From Basidiobolus meristosporus CBS 931.73 (lineage: Eukaryota; Fungi; Basidiobolomycota), in assembly GCA_002104905.1 (NCBI GenBank), contig MCFE01000199.1, positions 1 to 64,000 on the forward strand: a stretch of DNA of 64,000 nt, read 5' to 3'. This document shows positions 25,320 to 35,789 of this stretch, piece by piece. The stretch's first letter is position 1. Each line of letters begins with the position of its first letter. Under the pieces are notes generated by a model, which saw only the letters and a program-made list of their open reading frames with translations, was not told the DNA's origin and did not search any database. The translations under genes and the position numbers were made by a program.

Positions 25320-25907
25320 TTAGGGACAGATGGCCACCCGACGATAGTCAATGGATGCATGCAGGCGAGCAAAGCCTTGAGTCCAGTAGTGGCCGCGAGA
25401 ATCATAGCCACCGCCCATGTGAGTAAAGGAAGACTTCAGGATGTTGGCACGGTGAACTAGGACCAGGTTAGTGCAGAGCTGGGATGATTTTAAAGAGTAA
25501 ACCAACTTACCAGGGGAGTGCATCCATGAGTACATCACGGCTTCCTCGCTCTGCTGTCCTCGGGCAACATTCTCCCCAAAGCGATCCCATCGGAGGCCTT
25601 TCTCGGTGAGGGCTCGATTCATCTGAGAGTGGCCGATGCGATCGTGGGTCATTCGATGGAAGTTGGCTTGCATCACCGAATGTTCCTGACAGATTTCGTT
25701 GATTTGGCTAGAGGTGGCTTAGCGACTGGGACATCAACCAGTATTCGCTGGAACTTACCTGCTAAGGATTAGTGGTTTGATACCGCGCGATACCCGCTCC
25801 CTGTTGACCAAGCAAATCAGACGTCGCATGGAGATGGCTTGGGCTTGTTGCCACATGGTGAAAGCCAAGATGCAGAAGAAAAGGGAGGCGGTAGCGACGA
25901 ATCTCAT
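25320..25907 (-). CDS. Secreted CAP/SCP (PR-1/Tpx-1/Ag5) domain protein, copy B; 3 exons, 160 aa
   Basis: Exons 25907-25759, 25707-25511 and 25456-25320 (161 codons). Leader MRFVATASLFFCILAFTMWQQAQA; motifs LVNRER, GENVARG, WMHSPVHRANIL, YWTQGF. Confidence 0.92.
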
Positions 25908-26100
25908 TGTTGGATGATCTGATAGCAACGAGATGCGCTATAAATACGGCGTAACACGGCGCAGGGAGAAATCCCCGATAATTCTTCACTTGAGGAAATA
26001 AATCGGATGAATGATCTACGGGTGAACGCAGAAGGAATATTCTCCGGGCAGGGTGGGATCAGCTACTGCCAAACCCGTTAGGCTACCCAGTTAGCAGTAA

Positions 26101-26300
26101 TGCCATTCATCCCAACATTCCGACCATTCAACCAGACAGTACAATGATGTATTCAAACATCGCCACCGCTCATCCAGACACTCCGAATATTCTTCGAGGC
26201 ATTCTGCTCATTCAATCCAGCATTCGGATCATTATCCCAACATTGCACTCATTCAATCCAACATTTCGCTCATTCATCTCAGCATCCCCATCATTCGATA
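26101..26300. repeat. Degenerate ~21-bp minisatellite rich in CATTC
   Basis: Units such as ctcattcaatccagcattcgg and ctcattcaatccaacatttcg; nine CATTC pentamers. Confidence 0.6.
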
Positions 26301-26400
26301 ATAGTTATGATGTTATTTATCCTGGCGAATAATATGGCAAACAATGGGTGCATGCAATAGGTCGGGGATATTGTGAAGTCTAATGGAAACTTTATTGATA

Positions 26401-26466
26401 GATAATAATTAAGCGATAATTAAGCGATAATTAAGCGATAATAAGCGATAATAGCGAATGATAATT
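26401..26466. repeat. Short tandem repeat (AATTAAGCGAT)n with progressive shortening
   Basis: Three perfect 11-bp units, then shorter variants (aataagcgat, aatagcgaat). Confidence 0.85.
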
Positions 26467-26478
26467 CAATCGATTGGC

Positions 26479-27066
26479 TCAAGGGCAGACTGGGACGTTG
26501 CTGAAATTGATCATCCCGCGGACTCTGGCAAACCCTTGAGTCCAATAATGGCCCCGCGAGTCGTATCCACTACCCATGTGGGTGAAGGACGGCTTCAGAA
26601 TGTTGGCCCGGTGAACTAGACAGCATTAGTCGAGTTGGACGAATGGGACCGATAGAGAAACGACTGTACCTGCTGAATGCATCCACGAATACATCACCTG
26701 TTCCTCGCTGATTTGCCCGCGCGCAACATTTTCGCCATACTGCTCCCAGCGCATGCCCTTGTCGGACATGGTTCTAGGCATGGATGCATGGTCTACACGA
26801 TCGTGGGTCATCCGACGATATCTAGCCTGCATGACAGAGTGCTGCTGGCACACGTCATCGAGATCCCTGGTCAACGTAGTTAATACTAAGGTTGATTAAA
26901 CTGGTGGCTAGCTAGATAGTTACCGGCTTAGGATTAGAGGATTGAGACCACGGCCGACTCGCTCGCGGTTGACGAGGCAGATCAGCCTTCTGCTGGAGAT
27001 GGCATCGACCAGTGACACCAAGCTTACCCACAACATGATGGTGACGATGAGAGTTGAGGTGCGCAT
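26479..27066 (-). CDS. Secreted CAP/SCP domain protein, copy A; 3 exons, 158 aa
   Basis: Exons 27066-26924, 26866-26670 and 26615-26479 (159 codons). Same intron positions and same exon 2 and 3 lengths (197, 137 bp) as copy B. Leader MRTSTLIVTIMLWVSLVSLVDA. Confidence 0.92.
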
Positions 27067-27407
27067 GTTTGTTGAGATGTTTCGAGAAGTAATGATGCGT
27101 TATTGTTGGACCAGCCACCGTATATATACCTCCCAGCTAGTCCTCACACGCTACCAAAACATGCAGAGCTGCATTGCGAATCAATGTTGTAAGCCATTGT
27201 TGCAAATGGACGGCAGTAACAATGCTAGGTTTGCCAACAAGGAAGATGGAGGATGATGGGCGGAGTTTAATGCATCAGGCTACCGTGAACTAGACTAGTG
27301 GATCGGACATTTGGGCCGAACATCATGAAACATTGTTGATGGTTATTTATTGGGAAAGATAGTTCGGGTTCATATACAGATCTGCTCGCGGGATGGCCAG
27401 GCCACGC

Positions 27408-28570
27408 TCAGGCCGAAATCTCCATGACATCCTCGCTCACCTCCACCAAATTGTAGATGTCGGTCTTCAAGACAGCTGTTACGGTTCCAATGGTTAGCGC
27501 TGGCTGCCCACCACATGGCTAACAAAAGAGTCGGACTTACCTGTGGTTCCTGGTTGGAATGTATAATTTAATTCCTTGACGCCACGTTCGTTGGGTTTGG
27601 CATAGTTGCGCAGCATCTCGCATTTGCCCTTCTCGATCACACACACATCGACATTCGATCCGGAGCCTAAATCGTTGAAAATCCCCGCCTCGATAGCGTC
27701 TTTCACGAGCTCGATTGCCTCTTGACGCTATTTCATGCAATGAACCGGGTGGCGGTCAATCTACTTTGCTACTACTGAGTACCAGCTCCACCAACTTACC
27801 TCCATGTCTCGTTTCCAGCGGCTTTCAAAGATGGACATGGCGGCCAACGAGCCGGAACCCATGGTCACAAAGGGCAGTTTGTCTGTACTGCCGTGGGGGT
27901 AGATGGTGAAGAGCTGTGGTCCGCTGACATCGTATCCACCTAGGACAAGTGCAGCTCCGATATGGCCTTGATACCTGACCGAGGTTGCCAGAGAATGGGT
28001 TAGTGTCGAAGGGTTTCGGGAGGATGCAGATGAGTGGAGGCCTACTTGAACAGCTTCTGCTTCAACATGGTCATCGCGGTGACTACTCTGGCCTCACGAC
28101 CGGTCGAGAGGCGGTGCAGCTCGAGGTCGCTACTAATAAGAGCAGTTGTGAATTCAGTATCGGCAGCAGTACCAGCACCACAACACCACATGTTGGGTGC
28201 CAGGTAGTGGATCTTCTCACAATTTTTGTCTGCGACGATCGGGCCCTCCGTGGCACGGGTATCGGCACCCAGCACGACACCATCCTGTGCAAACGTCCAA
28301 GCTTGTAAGTGGGCCAAAAGAATCAGAAGAATCCCTTGTGGGTGGACAGTACCTTGAAGATCACACCGACGATGGTGGTACCGGTTTTGGTGGCTTTGGG
28401 TAGGGGCAAACCTCTGGCTTCCAGGACAGCATTTCTACCGAAAAAAAGGGCATCAGCGAAGGTTGGGGTTGAGATCGGTCACGTTAAGGTGAGTTCACTC
28501 CAGGCGGGAAGTACCTTTTGAAGTTGTCAAAGCTGAAGCCGCCCTTGGGTAATTCGTATTGTTGCTCCAT
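27408..28570 (-). CDS. PUP1: 20S proteasome subunit beta-2 (trypsin-like); 6 exons, 268 aa
   Basis: Exons 28570-28515, 28434-28353, 28284-28046, 27974-27800, 27727-27541 and 27475-27408 (269 codons). Propeptide ends at KTG|TTIVG; motifs [33 protein letters not shown]. Confidence 0.96.
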
Positions 28571-28910
28571 TAGAATAGATTAATACTGTTGTGTACTAAT
28601 AAAAGAATCCGCTGCTACTTGAGTATCACTGAAGAATCCATCGCTCCTGTGGGTGATAACATTCTTCTGATTACGTAGTCTTTGGTGAGCTGATCCAGCC
28701 TAACCCAACTGCCGTAGTAGAGATGATGTAGGTAACAAATTAAGCATTCTGGTGGGAAATAATCAACTTCGCAGCCATTTTGATTAGGAATAATCAATTT
28801 TATGTGGTGTTCAATCCAGAGTGGCACCGATCATTCACAACAGAAATAGACTTCATCTCGAAATATCAGTGTAGGGGTGGTGTACAGTACATAGATGATT
28901 GACTAAACTT

Positions 28911-29921
28911 CTAGACTTCGAGCGCTAGGGTGTCATTAGAATAAAGATAAATATACTCCTTGTCAGTATACAGGTCCACCTGGCCTCCGATGACGTAGAG
29001 CACGTCACGAACGCTGACCACACTTGGTGCAACACGGGGATGTCCAGGGATCTTCGGATAACCAGAGACCCATCTCTTCTTCTTCAAATCATAGGCCAAC
29101 AGTTGGTTGCTCTCGGCGGAGACCAAGTAGACTCTATCCTGCACTAGGGCCACGGCGAAAGCCCGTGTGGATTTGGGTGTGGATCCACTCTTGGACCAGG
29201 TTTTCTTGACGGTATCGTAGATGTGAATTTGATCCGAATGAACGTACTGCTCGTCAATATACTGCACTCCGCCGAAAAGATAGATATCGGTTCCTACCGA
29301 CACGCAAGCTGTCTCGGCTAGTGGTGCGGGAAGAGGCTGCTCTTGGCTCCAGGTGTCGGACTTGATCGAATAGGCGAGGGTGGTATTATATGGGATTGGA
29401 ACATCGCTGTTGCTTGGGAATCCTCCGAAAACGTAAATGGTCTCGTTGACGCTGCAGGCGGCTGCGTCGTAGTATCTATCCGGTAGTGAAGCCAGCTCTT
29501 TCCAGGTATCCGTTGCTGGGGTGTAAGACCACGTATTTGAATAGCTAATTAGTTCGTCGCCCGCCTTCGCCCCACCAATAATATAGAGGTTGTCGTTTAC
29601 AACGACAGACGCCGCGCGCTCTCTGGCATCAGGCGCGTCCTTACCATATCCCCAACTGTTGGTGGTAGGGGAGAAAATCCGAGTAGCTTTGGTGCCGTAA
29701 ACGTCACCGCGACGGGAGCCTTCCTGGCCCCCGACGAGGTAAATCTTACCATCGACTACTCCTCCCGCCATCAAGCCAATACCGCGACCGGTCAGGTTGG
29801 CCGCAGTGGATGTAGGTAAATCGGCCAATTTCTTCCACCTGCCTGCACCAGCGGGAGCACCGGTCACGGTAACCACGTTGATCGCGATGAACGAAATGTA
29901 AATAAAAAGAGGGGATATCAT
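28911..29921 (-). CDS. Secreted kelch-repeat beta-propeller protein (336 aa, intronless)
   Basis: Leader MISPLFIYISFIAINVVTVTGA; six kelch repeats (KIYLVGG, NLYIIGG, TIYVFGG, DIYLFGG, RVYLVS, VLYVIGG); TATAAA on the minus strand at about 29964-29970. Confidence 0.9.
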   Translation of the reverse strand: MISPLFIYISFIAINVVTVTGAPAGAGRWKKLADLPTSTAANLTGRGIGLMAGGVVDGKIYLVGGQEGSRRGDVYGTKATRIFSPTTNSWGYGKDAPDARERAASVVVNDNLYIIGGAKAGDELISYSNTWSYTPATDTWKELASLPDRYYDAAACSVNETIYVFGGFPSNSDVPIPYNTTLAYSIKSDTWSQEQPLPAPLAETACVSVGTDIYLFGGVQYIDEQYVHSDQIHIYDTVKKTWSKSGSTPKSTRAFAVALVQDRVYLVSAESNQLLAYDLKKKRWVSGYPKIPGHPRVAPSVVSVRDVLYVIGGQVDLYTDKEYIYLYSNDTLALEV

Positions 29922-30222
29922 TCTACAGCCCAATCACTTTCTTGTCACGCAACCGCCGGCGACATTTATATCTTCGAGCTGGGCGTGGTACCAATTGGCC
30001 CATCCTGGACGGGTTTACCGGCCAATCTACCATTGGTTTGCTTGACAGGATGCTGACTCAACCATACGTCATCATCGTCCTCAAGGCTCTCTAGAATATA
30101 TTAAACTGCATTCGTTGGCTTGACACTGGTGATAGATTAGACCATGGTGCTGGTCTACACTTTGGGCTAGGTCAGAGGAGTGGTAAAGCCAGCTTTGCAC
30201 TTGGTAGAAAGAGCTCAACCGG

Positions 30223-30263
30223 TGAGGGTCAGGGTTAGGGTTAGGGTTGGGTTGGGTTTTGGG
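30223..30263 (+). repeat. Interstitial telomere-like repeat (TTAGGG and variants)
   Basis: TGAGGG TCAGGG TTAGGG TTAGGG TTGGG TTGGG TTTTGGG. Confidence 0.8.
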
Positions 30264-30873
30264 CTATTAGAGGGAGAAAATCGCGCAATTGGAATACCGT
30301 CGATATCAAGAGGCTATTTTTCAGCTAGGGAAGAATCACCGAATTACCGGATACAGGCAATTGCTGCGCTGCGATAGGGGCAGGTGGGTTTGTTTGTATA
30401 TCAATGCTGACTGATCAGATAAATCGGATGATATGTCTCGAAGAAGAGCATAGATTTGATCGTGGCATGGTTGGGGTACTGCCAATGCCACTTTGCCTTG
30501 GAATAATACATTGCGACGCCTTAACTAAGACACGTTTGATTGAATCAAACCAAGTAACTGTAGCGAGCATATACAAATAAATGAATGATACACCGCTCCC
30601 CTTTTCATCTTGTCTAAATAGGCTAAAGGTTGAATGAATTAATCCCAGAAATGGTGAAATCGTCGTTAATACTCCGAAGTCCGTTCAACCTCCCCCCTCC
30701 CCCACATTTGGAGTGCGTAGAGAGCAGGAGTACGCATGAGGATATGCAGCATGTGACGCCCGCCAGAAATTCCCCGGTGTGTGCTGTTGCCATATAAAAT
30801 CCACCCACGGGAAGGCGATTCCTCGAAACCGTTCTCTCCCCAATCCACCATTCCTTTGCCACTTCCCTAGACA

Positions 30874-31728
30874 ATGGCATTCCAGACCATGCAATCCACC
30901 TCTGGTGACGATATGGGATTACGCACATCACTTCAGCTCCCGAATCTTCGCTCCCTGTTCCCCGATCTGCTGGATTCGTCCACCAGCCCGCTTCCACCGC
31001 CTCTCACCCACTCTAGTCGGTTCCAATCCTCATGGAGCCCAAAAGAGGACCCCAAAGACGTCAGCCTGTTCGGCTGCTGCAAGCCCGGTTGCAACTGCGA
31101 GGCCGAAATGCTTGGAGACAGCATTAGCTTCTATCCTAGAGGAGAGAAGCCCTCCAGCATCTCGTCTGCGAGCTCCTCTCCATTGTTGGCTACCCCACAG
31201 TCGGACACTGCTCGTTTACCAATGGACTTGATCAAAGTGGCTGAAAAGACCGGACTCGCATCTCCAGTGTCCATGGCTGGCCCATACTTCGACGGGAAAG
31301 AGTCCACCAACTACGAAAGAGAGTATATCGATTGGTCCAAGGTCGCCTATCCTAGCGCCTTCCAAAAGGTACATGGGCCAGAGCCATGGGAGGCCAACAC
31401 AAGATCCGCCATCAATCTAGCCACCAGCCATTCCTCCCACCCCTATTCTACTCACCAGTCACCGACGACGGTACACAAGCCGTACCGGTGTACATACTGT
31501 AAGAAACGATTTGCCAGGCCCAGCTCCCTGAACACCCACATCTATTCTCACACCGGCGAGAAACCGTTCCAATGCAAGGAGGACGGATGCAACCGACGCT
31601 TCTCTGTGCTGTCGAACCTGCGCCGCCATGCCAAGCTTCACACCCGAGGCAAGTCAGACCACCCAGAATCCCATGCGAGCCATTCCCCCGTATCAGAAAA
31701 TCCTCTGTACCCACGGGGCCGCTGGTAA
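30874..31728 (+). CDS. C2H2 zinc-finger transcription factor, FlbC-like (284 aa)
   Basis: Two fingers, YRCTYCKKRFARPSSLNTHIYSH-TGEKPF-QCKEDGCNRRFSVLSNLRRHAKLH; Ser/Pro-rich N-terminus; TATAAAA at about 30792. Confidence 0.9.
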   Translation: MAFQTMQSTSGDDMGLRTSLQLPNLRSLFPDLLDSSTSPLPPPLTHSSRFQSSWSPKEDPKDVSLFGCCKPGCNCEAEMLGDSISFYPRGEKPSSISSASSSPLLATPQSDTARLPMDLIKVAEKTGLASPVSMAGPYFDGKESTNYEREYIDWSKVAYPSAFQKVHGPEPWEANTRSAINLATSHSSHPYSTHQSPTTVHKPYRCTYCKKRFARPSSLNTHIYSHTGEKPFQCKEDGCNRRFSVLSNLRRHAKLHTRGKSDHPESHASHSPVSENPLYPRGRW

Positions 31729-33327
31729 ACCACCGAACGAATCCACCGGCTCAACCCGAGTGGTCGTGGTTGTGGCCGTGGTTGTAAATACGAACTCCCC
31801 TTCTCGTCAAGACATCTTCGCATTGACTGCATTAGAAAGCCTGAATTATCCCTCCCCCTCCCCCCTCGCCACCCTGAACATCGGCGGGTAGATGTTGCAT
31901 TGTTACATTGTTACAAATAAACCTGGTTATTTATCTCCCAGTTCCCACTGTAACTTCGTGCACCATTCAGAATCGGATCCCAGACACCTGTGGGGCGCAT
32001 TAGTCTTGGGTCTTGACCGGAACTTTGATGACCAGTGTCTCAAGATCTACGTTGGTAGCCGTTTCCATTGGCTCCACGGCGGGCTCCCTATCGCCTACAA
32101 GGCCTTCCCTGACTTGACTCAACTCAACTCTGTGGGCGCGGGCCACCCCTATTTGGTTAACGAGAACCATCGTTGATGATCCCTCCTTAATGCATCAGCC
32201 GGTTATGGCAAATATGGAGGTGTAAGACCGGATCCGAGCCCACCATCGGTGGGAGGTAGGGTAGAAACCCTCACCCCGTCTTGACTGAGTCAGCTTTGAC
32301 CAATATTAGGATATTCGGGGTGCATGGCAGATAACACCCATCTCATCTAGATATAGTCTTATTGTCACCCACCCACACTGATCCATGGGCATTGGCCAAG
32401 TATCAATGGGTGGGGGGGGGCTGAGCCGCATAGATTGCGCGGAGTAGCCATGCCACTTGGTCAGTCACAACATTCACCAGTTTCTGGGTGGGTGCCATCA
32501 ACACGAATCATGATCGTCGCTGTGGCCATCGCCATCATCATCGTTGCAATTTCCGCCATCACCACAGGGATGCACAGTCTGAGCATAGCGATATCTCGCC
32601 GAGTGCAGGCCGGCCAAGCTCTGTGTTGTTGGCGTGACGAAGCCCCTGCTATCCCCCGGAATCTATGGTCGTGGTTGGTACCGAAGTGCACTCAGCATAC
32701 CGCTACCGTGGATTCCTTGGGGATCACGGAATCCATTGTTTACAGGTATCAGGGACATATATTGGCGATCCACCTCCTCAGCCTGTGCCAGCCTCTGGAT
32801 ACACCGATCGCTCCGAGGGAGGTGGTCGCTTAGTAATTCGACCTTCGTTCAGTCCAGCACAGGAGGGCCCTCTTCCACAGCACGCTAGGTCGAGAGCAGC
32901 GCAAACCCCCGTTCCCCCGGTAGAAGGTTCTTCCGACATGCGAATTCCATCGTCGAACGCGGAAATCGACCGAGAAAATGATCCCAATGTTGATCCACCT
33001 AGGAGTTCGCCATCGTTCGATGATGAGGATCCTATCCCGTGCACCATCTCCGAATCATCCCAGAATCAATCACATCGCTTACCAAGGAGCGACCGTGAAA
33101 ACGGTTTAGTCCTGAAGTGGGCATTCCCTAACCAGCGGGCCTATCTCCCCCAGCCAATGGCCACGAACCGTGATGAAAGAAACCGATCCCGAAGGTGATT
33201 GGACTTCTCGGTGCGTCCCAGCTCGGCCGCTGATTGGGGGAAGGATTTCTCGGGATGGCGTATAAAAGAGGGCACTTCGCGAATGCGTGGAGTCGCCCTT
33301 GCGAAACGGTTTGTATAGGTATTTGTC

Positions 33328-34215
33328 ATGTCTAACACCATCACCCATCATTTGATCAAAGACGGTTGGTTCACCGAGAACTGCACCTTGTGGCCTGGAC
33401 AAGCCATGTCCCTCGAGGTCGCCGAGGTCCTCCACCACGAGAAGTCCCTTTACCAAGACGTCTTGGTGTTCCAATCCAAGAACTACGGCAACGTCTTGGT
33501 CCTCGATGGTGTCATCCAAGCTACCGAGAGAGACGAGTTCTCCTACCAGGAGATGATCACCCACCTCCCCTTGATGGCTCACCCCAACCCCAAGAGAGTC
33601 CTTGTCATCGGTGGTGGTGACGGTGGTGTCCTTCGTGAGGTCGTCAAGCACGAGTGCGTCGAGGAGGTTGTCCTCTGCGAAATCGACGAGGCGGTCATCC
33701 GTAACGCCAAGAAGTACCTCCCCTCGATGGCGGTCGGTTTCCAGCACCCCAAGGTCTCCGTCCACATCGGCGACGGTTTCCCCTACTTGCAGGACAAGGT
33801 GAACACCTTTGACGTGATCATCACCGACTCCTCTGACCCAGTCGGCCCCGCCGAGTCCCTCTACCAAGAGAACTTCTACAACCTTATGAAGGGGGCTCTT
33901 CGTGAGGGTGGTATCGTTTGCACCCAAGGGGAGTGCATGTGGTTGCACCTTCCCCTCATCAAGAAGGTGTTGGACTTCTCCAAGGAGATGTACCCCGTGG
34001 TCGAGTACGCTTTCACCACCATCCCTACCTACCCCTCCGGACAAATCGGGTTCATCATGTGCTGCAAGGAGGAGGGAAGAAACCTCAAGAAGCCCCTCCG
34101 CACCTGGACCCCCGAAGAGGAGGCCAAGCTTTGCAAGTACTACAACTCGGCCGTTCACGAGGCCGCCTTCGTTCTCCCCCAATTCGCGAAGTCTTTCTTG
34201 AACGAAAGTGCCTGA
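33328..34215 (+). CDS. SPE3: Spermidine synthase (295 aa, intronless)
   Basis: Motifs [62 protein letters not shown]; TATAAAA at about 33261; strong C/G third-position bias. Confidence 0.97.
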   Translation: MSNTITHHLIKDGWFTENCTLWPGQAMSLEVAEVLHHEKSLYQDVLVFQSKNYGNVLVLDGVIQATERDEFSYQEMITHLPLMAHPNPKRVLVIGGGDGGVLREVVKHECVEEVVLCEIDEAVIRNAKKYLPSMAVGFQHPKVSVHIGDGFPYLQDKVNTFDVIITDSSDPVGPAESLYQENFYNLMKGALREGGIVCTQGECMWLHLPLIKKVLDFSKEMYPVVEYAFTTIPTYPSGQIGFIMCCKEEGRNLKKPLRTWTPEEEAKLCKYYNSAVHEAAFVLPQFAKSFLNESA

Positions 34216-34865
34216 TTCCCCTCTCCCCGCCTCCCTGCCCCCTCACTTCATGTAAAGTAAACTACTTCCAAACAACTCAGTTCACCGGTACATTCCATTT
34301 GCACCTAGATTCGAGATAGATTCCATTTTGATTAAAAAAAAAACTCACCAACCTCTGTCCCCCCCCCAAAAAAAAAATTCCTTCCGGTCCCCTTCGATTT
34401 GTCGTCGGAGTGATTTGCGAGTCACGGATCATCATCCCATGGCTTGGGCACTGGGTCCACCACCACCACCCACCATATCTGTCGGTGGACCTACCGTGGG
34501 ACGAGGCATCGGGCCGGATCATCGTGACTCACTCCCAGGGGACCCCGATGGTTGAGAAGTCCCCGAGTGGGCCCAAGAGTAGATGTGGGTAGATATATTC
34601 CCTCCCCCTTCCTTAGCTTCTGATGGATCCTTCTGCGCATCGGGTGATACCTGCATCTGCACCTGCACCCGCAGACCCAGCCCAATCACCTCCAGATCGA
34701 TCGCCGCCTCTGGGGGGGGGAAGGGGATTTTCTCTCCCCTGGTGTCAGGTTCAGCCGATGGGAGTTGCACCACCGGCGTATAGGGTGGGTAGGCCTTGAC
34801 CCACGGTGGTGGTACACCTACTCGACCATTCCATTGTATCCAGTACCCGTGACCAATGATGTGCA

Positions 34866-35770
34866 TGTAGTGAATTTCGTGATTACACCTAAATATCTCA
34901 TTAACTTGGTCACCTTGAACCTGGTCTACAAATGTTGGAATATCCGGCCCGAATTCATTGTCCGGGCTTGCTTGGAATACTGTACCAACGTATCAGGTAC
35001 CCAAGACATGAATAATCTCCAATTCGTCCAAAGACCAGCGGCTGACTCGATGCTTAAGGGCCGTAACAGCCGAGAATGCTTGAAGGACCTTAGAAGACAC
35101 CTACCGGTCATGTCCAGCTGCTAGGAAGATGTATGGATGGTTGGGAATTCCGTCACCACACCTGAATATTCGCCCAACTTCGTCACTTCGACCATAGTCT
35201 ACAAATCCTGGATAATTCTGGCCAAATACCTGGTCGGAATTTACTTGGGTATATTTTCACCGAAATATCCTGTACCCTGAGCATGAGGTATCTCAGAGCC
35301 GTCCAAACTGACTCAAACTTTGCCCACATGCTTGTGGGACCTTCCGAAATATATTCCACGTGTTTGTTTTGCCAAGACCATGGAAATGTACACGAATTAC
35401 CCTTGCATCTAATAAATCATCAAGTGAAAACCACATATTCTACCTGTTCTCCCAATCACTTCCAATATCTCCGAAGCTCTTACAACAGGCTATGAGCCCC
35501 AAGCTGTCACTCTCTGAAATGTCCACTACTACCATTACTGGTGTTTTCCCTCTGCTGAAGAGTTGGATGGATCTGACTACCAAGTTTGGAAAGGGAGGAT
35601 GAAGCTGATGCTACAGGAAAGAGGCCTTTGGAGTGTTATTATGGGAGAAGAATGCCCACCCAAAGATGTAGGAAATGCAGCCTGAAAGTACCAGAAGCAC
35701 AAACAAAGTTTCTTTGACTGCCTGTGTCTTAATGTCAAAGACAAACTGCCAACTCAGTGCTCAAGAGTAT
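34866..35770 (+). mobile_element. Copia A-related long LTR (34866-35487), PBS and truncated gag
   Basis: TG start; ends tacaaca followed by GGCTATGAGCCC; gag fragment homologous to 7683-7960 with frameshift and stop. Confidence 0.85.
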
Positions 35771-35789
35771 AAATATAAACAATGAAACT

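Noticed and set aside
26101-26466. Short repeats as a CRISPR-like array
   Set aside because: Units are adjacent and degenerate with no unique spacers, there are no cas genes, and the context is eukaryotic.
33106-34182. 358-aa ORF antisense to SPE3
   Set aside because: It mirrors SPE3 codon for codon. The strong C/G third-position bias removes antisense stops, and the product has no recognisable domain.
34320-34760. Homopolymer runs and short overlapping ORFs downstream of SPE3
   Set aside because: Low-complexity terminator/intergenic sequence; the ORFs have no coherent coding signal.
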